DNA of 64,000 bases from Treponema sp. (GTDB lineage Bacteria; Spirochaetota; Spirochaetia; Treponematales; Treponemataceae), in NCBI GenBank assembly GCA_024402695.1, contig JAKSTG010000015.1:4142-68141 (forward strand), written 5' to 3'. This document shows, one piece after another, positions 47,069-55,879 of this stretch. Position 1 is the first letter of the stretch; every line of letters begins with the position of its first letter. The position numbers were made by a program, and so were the translations under genes. The notes below the pieces were generated by a model, which saw nothing but the letters and a program-made list of their open reading frames with translations, searched no databases and was not told the DNA's origin.

Positions 47069-48775
47069 ATGAACACATTAGTGTTACTTATTATTTGTGT
47101 AGCCGTACTTGCTTGCGGTTACATTTTCTATGGTCGCTGGCTCTGCAAACAGTGGGGTGTAGGCGAATCAACAGAACCAACACCAGCTCACGCATTGGAA
47201 GACGGTGTTGACTACGTTCCAGCTAAAGCTCCAGTTCTGATGGGACACCACTTCTCATCAATCGCCGGAGCTGGTCCTATCACAGGTCCTATCGGTGCTG
47301 CTATGTTCGGATGGCTTCCAGCTACAATCTGGATCCTCATTGGTGGTATTTTCTTCGGTGGTGTACATGACTTTGGTGCTCTTTTCGCATCTCTCCGTCA
47401 TAAGGGACAGTCTATCGGTGAAATCATCAACGTAAATATGGGTCGTCGTGCAAAACGTCTGTTCATCATTTTCGCTTATGTTACACTTATTCTGGTTGTT
47501 GCAGCTTTCGCTTCAATCGTAGCTGGTACATTCAAATCAACATATGTTAATGGTGTTCTTGATAAGGCCGCTTCTGCAGCAAACGCTTCAGTTGCTATGG
47601 TTTCTCTCCTGTTCATCGTAGTTGCCATTATTTTCGGTTTCTTAGTATACCGTCGCAATGCTCCACTGGCTGTTTCTTCAGTTTGTGGTGTTATCGCTAT
47701 CATCCTTTGTATGGTAATCGGTATGAAATGGCATCCAATCTACCTTTCAAACACAACATGGATGATTGTAGTTGGTATTTATATCGCTATTGCTTCTGTT
47801 ACTCCTGTTTGGATTCTCCTTCAGCCACGTGACTACCTGTCTTCATTCCTTCTTTACGCTATGCTGGCAGTTGCTCTTATTGGTGTTGTTGGTGCTCATC
47901 CAAATATTGATAACGCTTCATTCCCAATGTTTGCTACAGTAAAAGGAACTCCAATGTTCCCAGTTCTGTTTACAACTATTGCTTGTGGTGCTATTTCTGG
48001 TTTCCACTCACTGGTTTCTTCAGGAACAACATCAAAACAGCTGGATAAAGAAACACATGCAAGACCAATCGCTTACGGTGGAATGCTTCTGGAATGTGTA
48101 CTTGCAGTAATCACAATCTGTGCTATTGCTTACGCTCGCCAGACAGGTCACACAAAAGGTGCTACAGACATCTTCGCTGGTGGTATTGCTGCTATGGTTG
48201 CAAAAATCCCTGGATGTGCAGGTGCTGAAAATGTTATCTACACACTCCTTATCCTTACATACTCTGCATTCTGTCTTACATCTCTTGATACAGCTACACG
48301 TCTTGCTCGCTTCATGTTCCAGGAATTCTGGCTTGAACCAGGACAGACTGTTGCTGACATCAAATCTGGATGGAAGAAAGTTGTTACAAACAAATACTTT
48401 GCTACAATCCTTACTGTAGTTCTTGGTATTGCTCTTGGTATGACAGGTTGGTCAAAAGTTTGGGGACTCTTCGGTGCTGCTAACCAGCTCCTGGCAGGTC
48501 TCGGACTTCTGGCAATTGCAACATGGCTTGGAAACATTGGAAAGAACAACAAAATGTTCATGTTCCCAATGGCTTTCATGATGGTTGTTACAATTTCTTC
48601 ACTTATTATTACAATCATCAACCAGTGCAAGCTTATCGCTAAAGGTGGTGCAGGATGGGGTCCATACGCTCAGGTTATCATCGCTGCATTCCTCGTAGTT
48701 CTGGCAGTTATCCTCGTTATTGAAGGTGTTCAGACACTTACAAAAGCTGCAAAAGCAAAAAAAGCTAATGCGTAA
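47069..48775 (+). CDS. cstA: carbon starvation protein A (peptide/pyruvate transporter family)
   Basis: The 568-aa polytopic protein contains HHFSSIAGAGPITGP and GGVHDF, motifs typical of CstA. Confidence 0.92.
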   Translation: MNTLVLLIICVAVLACGYIFYGRWLCKQWGVGESTEPTPAHALEDGVDYVPAKAPVLMGHHFSSIAGAGPITGPIGAAMFGWLPATIWILIGGIFFGGVHDFGALFASLRHKGQSIGEIINVNMGRRAKRLFIIFAYVTLILVVAAFASIVAGTFKSTYVNGVLDKAASAANASVAMVSLLFIVVAIIFGFLVYRRNAPLAVSSVCGVIAIILCMVIGMKWHPIYLSNTTWMIVVGIYIAIASVTPVWILLQPRDYLSSFLLYAMLAVALIGVVGAHPNIDNASFPMFATVKGTPMFPVLFTTIACGAISGFHSLVSSGTTSKQLDKETHARPIAYGGMLLECVLAVITICAIAYARQTGHTKGATDIFAGGIAAMVAKIPGCAGAENVIYTLLILTYSAFCLTSLDTATRLARFMFQEFWLEPGQTVADIKSGWKKVVTNKYFATILTVVLGIALGMTGWSKVWGLFGAANQLLAGLGLLAIATWLGNIGKNNKMFMFPMAFMMVVTISSLIITIINQCKLIAKGGAGWGPYAQVIIAAFLVVLAVILVIEGVQTLTKAAKAKKANA

Positions 48776-48799
48776 TTGAAATTATCGTTTAGACGATAA

Positions 48800-48850
48800 G
48801 AAGCCGCTGACAGGATTAGTCCTGTTGGCGGCTTTTTTTATTTTTTTTTG
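48800..48850 (+). terminator. intrinsic terminator of cstA
   Basis: AAGCCGCTGACAGG pairs with CCTGTTGGCGGCTT, followed by long T-runs. Confidence 0.8.
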
Positions 48851-48853
48851 AAT

Positions 48854-48947
48854 CAGAGGGGACAGCCCCCTAAGAGAAATAAAACCAGAAAACTAGGAGT
48901 CTGTCCCCTCTGACTTGCTTTCTTTATGTAGGGGTCTGTCCCCCTTT
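48854..48947. repeat. REP-like cluster 4 (3 copies)
   Basis: 48854-48872 is CAGAGGGGACAGCCCCCT (F variant). 48894-48912 is TAGGAGTCTGTCCCCTCTG (R variant). 48929-48947 is TAGGGGTCTGTCCCCCTTT (R). Confidence 0.9.
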
Positions 48948-49038
48948 TATTTATCTCCCATCACTTAACATCTGACCATATAAAAATATATCGATTTTGG
49001 TTATATTACTAAGGTCAGTATTATGACATGATAAGGCC

Positions 49039-50046
49039 ATGAAGAGAAATGTATCAGGTGTAGTGGCAGCCTTAAGTGCCGCTTTGATCGTGTTTTCTGG
49101 GTGTTCCGGAAGAGAAAAAAATGAAGTGCTTCACGTTTATTCCATTATTCATGAAGAAGAAACAGAGGCACTTTGCAATTTGTTTACAGAAAAAACAGGA
49201 ATAAAGGTTGAGTTCCTTCGCGCCACAACGGGTGAACTGGTGAACCGTGTTATTTCAGAGAAAAGTGCTCCGCAGGCTGATATTCTTCTTGGTGGGGCTT
49301 CAAATTATCACATCAATCTTGCAAAAGAAGGATGTCTGGAACCTTATGCATCGTCTCTTGCAAAAGACCTTCCAGAATATGCAAAAAGTTCAGATGATAC
49401 CTGGACCGGATTCTGCGTACTGACCCTCGGAATCGGAATCAACAAGGCCCGCTTTGAAGAAAAGTTCCCGGGTGTTGAATATCCAAAAACTTGGGAAGAT
49501 CTTGTAAATCCAGCATTTAAGGATGAAATCGTAATGACTAATCCAGTTGCATCAAGCACAGCTTATCTTTTTGTTCAGAATCAGCTTCAGCGCCTTGGAT
49601 GGGATGCAGGATGGGACTATCTTTCAGATCTTTCCCAGCTGGTAGGCCAGTTTCCTGATTCAGGTTCGGCACCTCCAAAATTGATCGGAACCGGGGAATA
49701 TGCCTTGGGAGTGGCTTATCTTCATGCTCTTTCAAAATATAATGCACAGGGATTTGACATTCAGCTGGTGGCTCCCAAAGATTCTGTAGGGGATGTTGAT
49801 TGTGTTTCAATCATGAAAAACTGCGGAAATCTTAAGGGCGCTCAGAAGTTTGTTGATTTCATTCTTTCTGCTGAAGCCGAAACTTTGATGTCATCAATTG
49901 ATTTTACAATTCCTGTAAACAGCGAAGCCAAGGCTCCAGCTGGTGCGATTCCTGTTTCAGAAATCAGCCTTATTGATTACGATGCAAAAAAAGCAAGTTC
50001 AGAAAAGGATTCTGTAATCGCAAAATGGACAGAACTGGTAAAATAG
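49039..50046 (+). CDS. ABC transporter substrate-binding lipoprotein (Fe3+/AfuA-FbpA-like class)
   Basis: Lipobox VFSGC and a periplasmic binding fold of the iron(III)/thiamine type (LHVYS...EFLRATTGEL). Confidence 0.8.
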   Translation: MKRNVSGVVAALSAALIVFSGCSGREKNEVLHVYSIIHEEETEALCNLFTEKTGIKVEFLRATTGELVNRVISEKSAPQADILLGGASNYHINLAKEGCLEPYASSLAKDLPEYAKSSDDTWTGFCVLTLGIGINKARFEEKFPGVEYPKTWEDLVNPAFKDEIVMTNPVASSTAYLFVQNQLQRLGWDAGWDYLSDLSQLVGQFPDSGSAPPKLIGTGEYALGVAYLHALSKYNAQGFDIQLVAPKDSVGDVDCVSIMKNCGNLKGAQKFVDFILSAEAETLMSSIDFTIPVNSEAKAPAGAIPVSEISLIDYDAKKASSEKDSVIAKWTELVK

Positions 50047-51692
50047 AAAAAAAGAAAACCGCGTTTTTTCCTGCTGTAACTGTACTCTGGAGCTGCGCGG
50101 TACTTTTTCTTGCAGTATTTATTCTTTTTCCTCTTGTCTGCGTCTTTGCAAAAATCAGGCTTTCAGACCTGGCAGAGATTTTTACTGCTGTCAGATTCAG
50201 AAAAACAATTCTGAATACTGTCCTTGAATGTATCTGTTCAACAACTCTTTCTGTTCTGACAGGCTATATCTATGCTTACGCCGTAACCTTCGGTCGTCTG
50301 CCTTTCAGGAAGTTTTTTTCATTTATCCCTGTGCTTCATCTGATTACACCTCCTTTCGTAGGTGGTTTGGCTTTCATTCTTCTTCTTGGAAGACAGGGCC
50401 TCATCACAAAGACAATTCTTCACCTTGATGTTTCTTTATATGGATTTCCAGGTCTGCTTATTGCCCAGACTCTTTGTTTCTTTCCCCTGGCGTATCTGAT
50501 GTGCAAGGAAAGTTTTGAGGCTCTTAACCGAAATCTTGTTGACGGGGCAGTAAGTCTTGGGGCTTCCAAACTGAAGATATTTTTCCGCGTGATTTTTCCC
50601 CTTACGTTTCCAACTCTGCTTTCGAGCTTCCTTTTTATAGCAGTTTCAGTCTTAAGTGATTTCGGAAACCCTATGATCGTAGGCGGAAGATTCAAGGTTC
50701 TGGCTGTAGAAATCTATACTCAGCTTACAGGGTGGATGAATGCAGGAACTTCTGCCGCCCTTGGACTGGTTCTTCTGATTCCATCCCTTGGTCTGTTTTT
50801 CCTCCAGAACAGGCTTTTCAAAAAACAGTCAAAGAAGACTGCCATTCTTGGGGGAAAAGGCAGTGCCGTAAAAAACGGAGGAAATTCTTCTTCTGAACCG
50901 GTTTTCAGAAATTCTGTTTTTGCAGATATTCTTCTTTTTTTGTTCGTGACCTTCATAGCTCTGGCCGTTCTTCTTCAATTTGTTTCCATTATTGCTGGAA
51001 GTTTCCAGAAACTTTGGGGAATAGATACCACCTTTACTTTTGAGCATGTCAAAAAAACATTCAGATATGGAAAAGAATTCCGGAATTCAGTTCTCTTTGC
51101 ACTTTCGGCTTCTACTTTGTCTGCGTTGATTTCTCTTTTTGTCTCTTTCTGTGTGCACAGAACAGGCTCCGGAAGACTTGTCGGGAAGAGTTTTGTTGAT
51201 TCCCTTATCCAGCTTCCTTCTGCAATTCCGGGGTCACTTTTTGGACTTGCTTTTTCCATTACCGCCAATATGCTGCATATAAAGGCGCCGCGTTTTCTTA
51301 TATGTATGGTCATCACTGTGGCTTTCATGCCTTTTTCGTACCGTATTGTAACTTCGACTTTTTCGCAGATCCGACAGACTCTCGATGAAGGGGGACAGAC
51401 CCTTGGGGCCGGATTCATGAAAATTCTTGGAAGAATACTTGTTCCTTTATCAAAAGGCGGTATCATGTCCGGCTGGACCTACAACTTCGCAAGGGGAGTA
51501 GGAACCTTAAGTTCCGTGATATTCCTTGTAAGCTTCAATACACCTTTATGCTCTGTCCGTATCCTGAATCTGGCGGAGCAGGGGGACTGGGGACGGGCAG
51601 CCGCCATGGCTGTAGAACTGACCTTAATCACTTTTGCTATTATTCTTGGAGGAAACCTGATTTTTAGGAAGAGAGGAGATTCAAATGAATGA
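50025..51692 (+). CDS. ABC transporter permease, duplicated (FbpB/AfuB-like)
   Basis: The 555-aa protein has two MetI-like halves, each with an EAA-type loop. Confidence 0.85.
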   Translation: MDRTGKIEKKKTAFFPAVTVLWSCAVLFLAVFILFPLVCVFAKIRLSDLAEIFTAVRFRKTILNTVLECICSTTLSVLTGYIYAYAVTFGRLPFRKFFSFIPVLHLITPPFVGGLAFILLLGRQGLITKTILHLDVSLYGFPGLLIAQTLCFFPLAYLMCKESFEALNRNLVDGAVSLGASKLKIFFRVIFPLTFPTLLSSFLFIAVSVLSDFGNPMIVGGRFKVLAVEIYTQLTGWMNAGTSAALGLVLLIPSLGLFFLQNRLFKKQSKKTAILGGKGSAVKNGGNSSSEPVFRNSVFADILLFLFVTFIALAVLLQFVSIIAGSFQKLWGIDTTFTFEHVKKTFRYGKEFRNSVLFALSASTLSALISLFVSFCVHRTGSGRLVGKSFVDSLIQLPSAIPGSLFGLAFSITANMLHIKAPRFLICMVITVAFMPFSYRIVTSTFSQIRQTLDEGGQTLGAGFMKILGRILVPLSKGGIMSGWTYNFARGVGTLSSVIFLVSFNTPLCSVRILNLAEQGDWGRAAAMAVELTLITFAIILGGNLIFRKRGDSNE

Positions 51693-52749
51693 AGAAATAC
51701 TGAAACTTGAAGACATATCTTTTTCTTATGGAAAAAACGCGATTTTGAAATCTTTTTCTCTGTCTGTTGAAAAAGGATCTTTCACAACTCTTCTTGGTCC
51801 GTCAGGCTGTGGAAAAACAACTCTTTTAAGGCTTGTTGCAGGGTTTCTGAAGCCTGATGAAGGACGTATTCTCATAAACGGAAGGGATGTGTCGGATGTT
51901 CCTGTAGAAGAAAGACGGATTGGCTTTGTTTTTCAGGATTATGCCTTGTTTCCTCATATGACTGTAAAGGAAAATCTGCTTTTTGGATTCAGTCATAAGG
52001 AAAAGAAGTCCCAGCTTTCCCGTGTGGAGGAGATTTCTGCCTCTCTTGAACTTTATGAGCTTCTGGAAAGATATCCACATGAGCTTTCCGGAGGTCAGCA
52101 GCAACGTGTCGCTCTTGGCCGCACTCTCATGATGAAACCTGAAATCATCCTTATGGATGAACCTTTGTCATCTCTTGATGCGAAACTACGGCTTAAGGTT
52201 CGGGAAGAGCTTCAGGAAATACAGAGAAACATCGGAATCACCACAATTTATGTTACTCATGACCAGGAAGAAGCCCTTTCGCTTTCCTCAAAAATAGCTG
52301 TAATGAATGAAGGAAAGCTCCTTCAGCATGATACTCCGGAAAACGTTTATTTCAATCCTTCTGATAAAGAGACTGCTGAGCTTACAGGACAGGCAAACTT
52401 CCTCAAAATGGGCGGAAAACTGGTTATGGTTCGCCCTGAATGGTTTTCTGTGGATACGGAACTGGAAAAAGATAGCCAGAACAAGATCAAAGGAACTGTT
52501 GTTTCATCTTCATTTCTGGGGGCTGTCGTGCGCTACAAGCTTGAATGTGCTGAAAGCCTGAAAGGTTATGTGACTGCAGATATCCGTAAAGCAAAGGGGA
52601 CAGACCCCTCGCAATCGAAATCCCTTTCAAAGGGGACAGACCCCTCTGCCGCTAAATCCAGATCAGAGGGGACAGACCCCCTTGCATCCCTTCAACCCGG
52701 CGAAAAAGTTATTTTGACAATTGATTCTTCTGTCTGCTTTGATAATTGA
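51685..52749 (+). CDS. ABC transporter ATP-binding protein (FbpC/PotA-like) with a repeat-derived insertion in the C-terminal TOBE-like domain
   Basis: Walker A GPSGCGKTT, signature LSGGQQQR, Walker B IILMDEPLSSLD. The C-terminal domain is interrupted by KGTDPSQSKSLSKGTDPSAAKSRSEGTDPLAS. Confidence 0.9.
   Translation: MNEEILKLEDISFSYGKNAILKSFSLSVEKGSFTTLLGPSGCGKTTLLRLVAGFLKPDEGRILINGRDVSDVPVEERRIGFVFQDYALFPHMTVKENLLFGFSHKEKKSQLSRVEEISASLELYELLERYPHELSGGQQQRVALGRTLMMKPEIILMDEPLSSLDAKLRLKVREELQEIQRNIGITTIYVTHDQEEALSLSSKIAVMNEGKLLQHDTPENVYFNPSDKETAELTGQANFLKMGGKLVMVRPEWFSVDTELEKDSQNKIKGTVVSSSFLGAVVRYKLECAESLKGYVTADIRKAKGTDPSQSKSLSKGTDPSAAKSRSEGTDPLASLQPGEKVILTIDSSVCFDN
52594..52683 (+). repeat. 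REP-like cluster 5: three tandem F copies in frame inside the ATPase CDS
   Basis: The GGGGACAGACCCC cores start at 52596, 52632 and 52668, exactly 36 bp apart. Each is read as G-T-D-P. Confidence 0.9.
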
Positions 52750-52774
52750 TCTGATTTTCGTTAAAATAGCACTT

Positions 52775-54085
52775 ATGAAAAAATCAATTTTTGTTGCTGC
52801 CCTTGTTTGTTTGGCAGCCGTGTTTTTTACCTCATGCAAAGACAAAGTTATGGGCTACAGTGTAGCTCTCTGGAATATTCCTGAACAGAAGATTTCTGCC
52901 GGGGAACTGGTTCCGGTTTATATTAAATCAAACATTTCTCATGTATATGTTGCAGGCCTTTCAGATGACGCAAAATTCGAAGTTCCTCTCTGGAAAATGA
53001 CAGAACCTGAAAAACAGAAGGCCGCTGCCCGTACAGCCCAGAAATATACAGAATATGCACATACATATGCCAGCGCAAAAATCGACGGACTTCCAATCCG
53101 TGCACAGACTGTAAATACTGCAAAACAGGTTTACCGTCTTAGAAAAGGTGAAGTCCTTAAAGTTCTTTACAAGGGAAAAGGACAGGCTGTTATGGCCGGA
53201 AAAAATCCTCTGGAAGGTGACTGGCTCAGAGTTCTTACAGAAGACGGCACTCAGGGCTGGTGTTTCTCTTACAATCTGGCACTTTTTGAAACTGACGCAA
53301 GTGGAAACCGTATTGGCGGTGAAGAAATCGTGGAAGAAGAAACAACTGATACTCTGATGGAAACTGTCTGCCATAATATCTGGTATCCTGATTATTACAA
53401 GACTCTTATTGATTCAAACAACATCGACATTTCCCGTCTTAATGCTTCATACCGCTTCTCGATTGATGAAGAAAACAACAAGGTTTCTCTGAACCTGAAA
53501 GATATTCACGAATCCTGGGATTACACCGGATTCACAAAGAAAGACAACAGGGAATATCAGCTCAATGGAATTCCTGTAATTGTATTCTACAAAACAGCAG
53601 ACTTCATTGTTCTTCGTTACACAGGAGAAAGCGGAAAACCACAGGATCTGAACTTCGTTGCCATCCATACAAACCTTGCAGATATTGTAACTGCAGAACG
53701 TGACCGCCGAGCAGAAGCATATAACTCTGTATTCAACCATGGATCTGTATACAAGAGCCCTAACTGGGGACAGATCTCCCTTACAGAAGACGGTTCTTTC
53801 CGTTGGGCAAACAATAAACAGCTTCTGAGTCAGGGACTTGTTCCTGCTACTGCAAAAGCCGGTGGTATTGTACAGGCTAAATATGTAGTTTCAAAGAAGC
53901 TTAAAGAAAATTATGACGGCGTTCTGACCTTCTTCTTTGACGGAATTACAGAAGAAGTGAACTTCCTTTACAAACTGGAAGATGGGGCTATGCGTCTTGA
54001 AGATGCATCAAACGCCACTTTTGACGGAAACATGGTAAAATCCCGCGGTTCCGGGGCCCTCATCCTGTATTTCACAGTCCAGTAG
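52775..54085 (+). CDS. hypothetical lipoprotein (possible SH3-like segment)
   Basis: I prefer the ATG at 52775 (MKKSIFVAALVCLAAVFFTSC lipobox) to the upstream start at 52721 in the track, which overlaps the ATPase gene. Confidence 0.75.
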   Translation: MKKSIFVAALVCLAAVFFTSCKDKVMGYSVALWNIPEQKISAGELVPVYIKSNISHVYVAGLSDDAKFEVPLWKMTEPEKQKAAARTAQKYTEYAHTYASAKIDGLPIRAQTVNTAKQVYRLRKGEVLKVLYKGKGQAVMAGKNPLEGDWLRVLTEDGTQGWCFSYNLALFETDASGNRIGGEEIVEEETTDTLMETVCHNIWYPDYYKTLIDSNNIDISRLNASYRFSIDEENNKVSLNLKDIHESWDYTGFTKKDNREYQLNGIPVIVFYKTADFIVLRYTGESGKPQDLNFVAIHTNLADIVTAERDRRAEAYNSVFNHGSVYKSPNWGQISLTEDGSFRWANNKQLLSQGLVPATAKAGGIVQAKYVVSKKLKENYDGVLTFFFDGITEEVNFLYKLEDGAMRLEDASNATFDGNMVKSRGSGALILYFTVQ

Positions 54086-54160
54086 TAGAAACCTCTGATT
54101 TTGACAAAAAGTGGTAAAACTGTCATACTCACCTAGATATTATTAATCATTGGGGGAAAT

Positions 54161-55855
54161 ATGGCACTTTACCACGAATTTCTGGTAGACGACAGAGATT
54201 TTAAAGATTATGACGATTTAAAAGCAAACTGTCGTTTCAAGACTCCTGAAAATTTCAACTTCGCATATGACATTGTTGATAAATACACTGTTACCGAGCC
54301 AAACAAACGGGCTATGGTCTGGGTTGATGACAATGGTGAAGAAATAACCTTCACCTTTGAAGATATTTCCAGAGAATCAAAACGCGCTGCCTACTTCCTT
54401 ACAACTTTGGGAATCAAAAAAGGAGATGCTGTAATGCTCATGCTCCGCCGCCGTTACGAATGGTGGATCATCATGATGGCTCTTCACCGTATCGGAGCAA
54501 TCGCAGTTCCTGCAACAACTCAGCTCCTTTCCCACGACATTGAATACCGCAACAATGCAGCTGAAATCAAAATGATTATCACAGCCGATATTCCTGAACT
54601 TCAGGCAGAAATCGAAAAGACTCTGCCAACATCACCTTCTGTAAAAATGCTTATGACAGTGGGTCAGAGCCGCGAAGGCTGGATCAACTTTCACGAAGAA
54701 GTTGCAAAGCATGCACCTGAATTTCCTCGTCCTGTCGGAGACCTGGCAACTCACAATGAAGATCCTATGCTCATGTATTTCACTTCAGGAACTTCAGGTT
54801 TCCCAAAGATGGTTCTCCACAACTTCCTTTATCCTATCGGACACATTGTAACTGCAAAATACTGGCACGGAGTTGTTGATAATGGACTTCATATTTCCAT
54901 CGCTGAAACCGGTTGGGCAAAATCAACCTGGGGAAAACTTTACGGCCAGTGGATCTGTGGTACAGCCCAGTTTGTATACGACATGAACTCTTTCCGTCCG
55001 GACAAGATGCTCAAAATGATTGCACAGTACGGGCTCACAACTTTCTGTGCTCCTCCTACAGTTTACCGTTATCTTATCCGTCAGGATCTTACAAGATATG
55101 ACCTTTCAACAGTTGTTCGTTTCAGTACAGCCGGTGAAGCCCTTAACGGTGCGGTTTACGACAAGTTCATTGAACAGACAGGAAAGAAAATCTACGAAGG
55201 TTACGGTCAGACTGAATCAACAATCATCTGCGGTAACTTTATGGAAACTCCAATTAAACCAGGTTCAATGGGAAGACCAAGTCCTCAGTATGATGTAGAA
55301 GTCGTTAATTCCAACGGAAAACCTGTTCCATACGGTGAAGTAGGGGAACTGGTAATTCACGTAGAAAAGGGACATCCTCATGGACTTCTTATCGGATATT
55401 ACAAAGACCAGACTCTCACTGCCAATGCTTTCTACGGTGATGTTTACCACACTGGCGATACAGTAACAATGGACGAAGACGGTTATGTTTGGTTTGTTGG
55501 TCGTAAAGATGACATCATCAAGTCTTCTGGTTACCGTATCAGCCCATTTGAGGTTGAATCGGTTCTTCAGAAACATCCGGCTGTTCTTGAATGTGCAGTT
55601 ACAGGTGTACCTGATGAAAAGCGCGGACAGGCCGTAAAAGCCACTGTTGTTCTTTCACAGGGATACGAAGCCAGCCATGAACTTGAAGTTGAACTTTTTG
55701 ATTATGTAAAACATGAGACAGCACTTTACAAGTGTCCTCGTATCATCGAATTCGTTGCAGAACTGCCTAAGACAATTTCCGGAAAAATCCGCCGCGTAGA
55801 AATCCGCGAAAAGGATCAGGGAAAGGATGAAGAAAACATCCAGCAGGATTTCTAA
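54161..55855 (+). CDS. AMP-forming acyl-CoA synthetase (medium-chain type)
   Basis: AMP-binding motifs YFTSGTSGFPK, GYGQTE and GDTV...DGY, plus a terminal SGKIRR. Confidence 0.9.
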   Translation: MALYHEFLVDDRDFKDYDDLKANCRFKTPENFNFAYDIVDKYTVTEPNKRAMVWVDDNGEEITFTFEDISRESKRAAYFLTTLGIKKGDAVMLMLRRRYEWWIIMMALHRIGAIAVPATTQLLSHDIEYRNNAAEIKMIITADIPELQAEIEKTLPTSPSVKMLMTVGQSREGWINFHEEVAKHAPEFPRPVGDLATHNEDPMLMYFTSGTSGFPKMVLHNFLYPIGHIVTAKYWHGVVDNGLHISIAETGWAKSTWGKLYGQWICGTAQFVYDMNSFRPDKMLKMIAQYGLTTFCAPPTVYRYLIRQDLTRYDLSTVVRFSTAGEALNGAVYDKFIEQTGKKIYEGYGQTESTIICGNFMETPIKPGSMGRPSPQYDVEVVNSNGKPVPYGEVGELVIHVEKGHPHGLLIGYYKDQTLTANAFYGDVYHTGDTVTMDEDGYVWFVGRKDDIIKSSGYRISPFEVESVLQKHPAVLECAVTGVPDEKRGQAVKATVVLSQGYEASHELEVELFDYVKHETALYKCPRIIEFVAELPKTISGKIRRVEIREKDQGKDEENIQQDF

Positions 55856-55879
55856 TTCAGATAAAATAAGGAAGAAAAA

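Noticed and set aside
48972-49034. A possible Fur-type operator upstream of the Fe3+-type ABC importer: TTATGACATGATAA at 49021-49034, with CTGACC/GGTCAG inverted repeats at 48972 and 49013.
   Set aside because: Only a TTAT-N6-ATAA palindrome matches. Similarity to the 19-bp Fur box is weak, and the substrate of the transporter is itself inferred.
51391-51402. GGGGACAGACCC (12 of 13 of the REP core) inside the ABC permease CDS.
   Set aside because: It encodes the G-G-Q-T-L part of the conserved EAA-loop region (DEGGQTLGAG). It lacks the REP flanks and the fourth C. It is most likely coding-sequence coincidence, although it is worth including in a genome-wide scan.
18323-52683. The quasi-regular repeat arrays (periods of 21 to 42 bp) could be read as mini-CRISPR arrays.
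   Set aside because: The repeat units are only about 19 to 21 nt and the spacers only about 2 to 25 nt. Orientations are mixed within clusters, one array lies in frame in a CDS, and no cas genes or leader are present. REP/BIME organisation explains them better.
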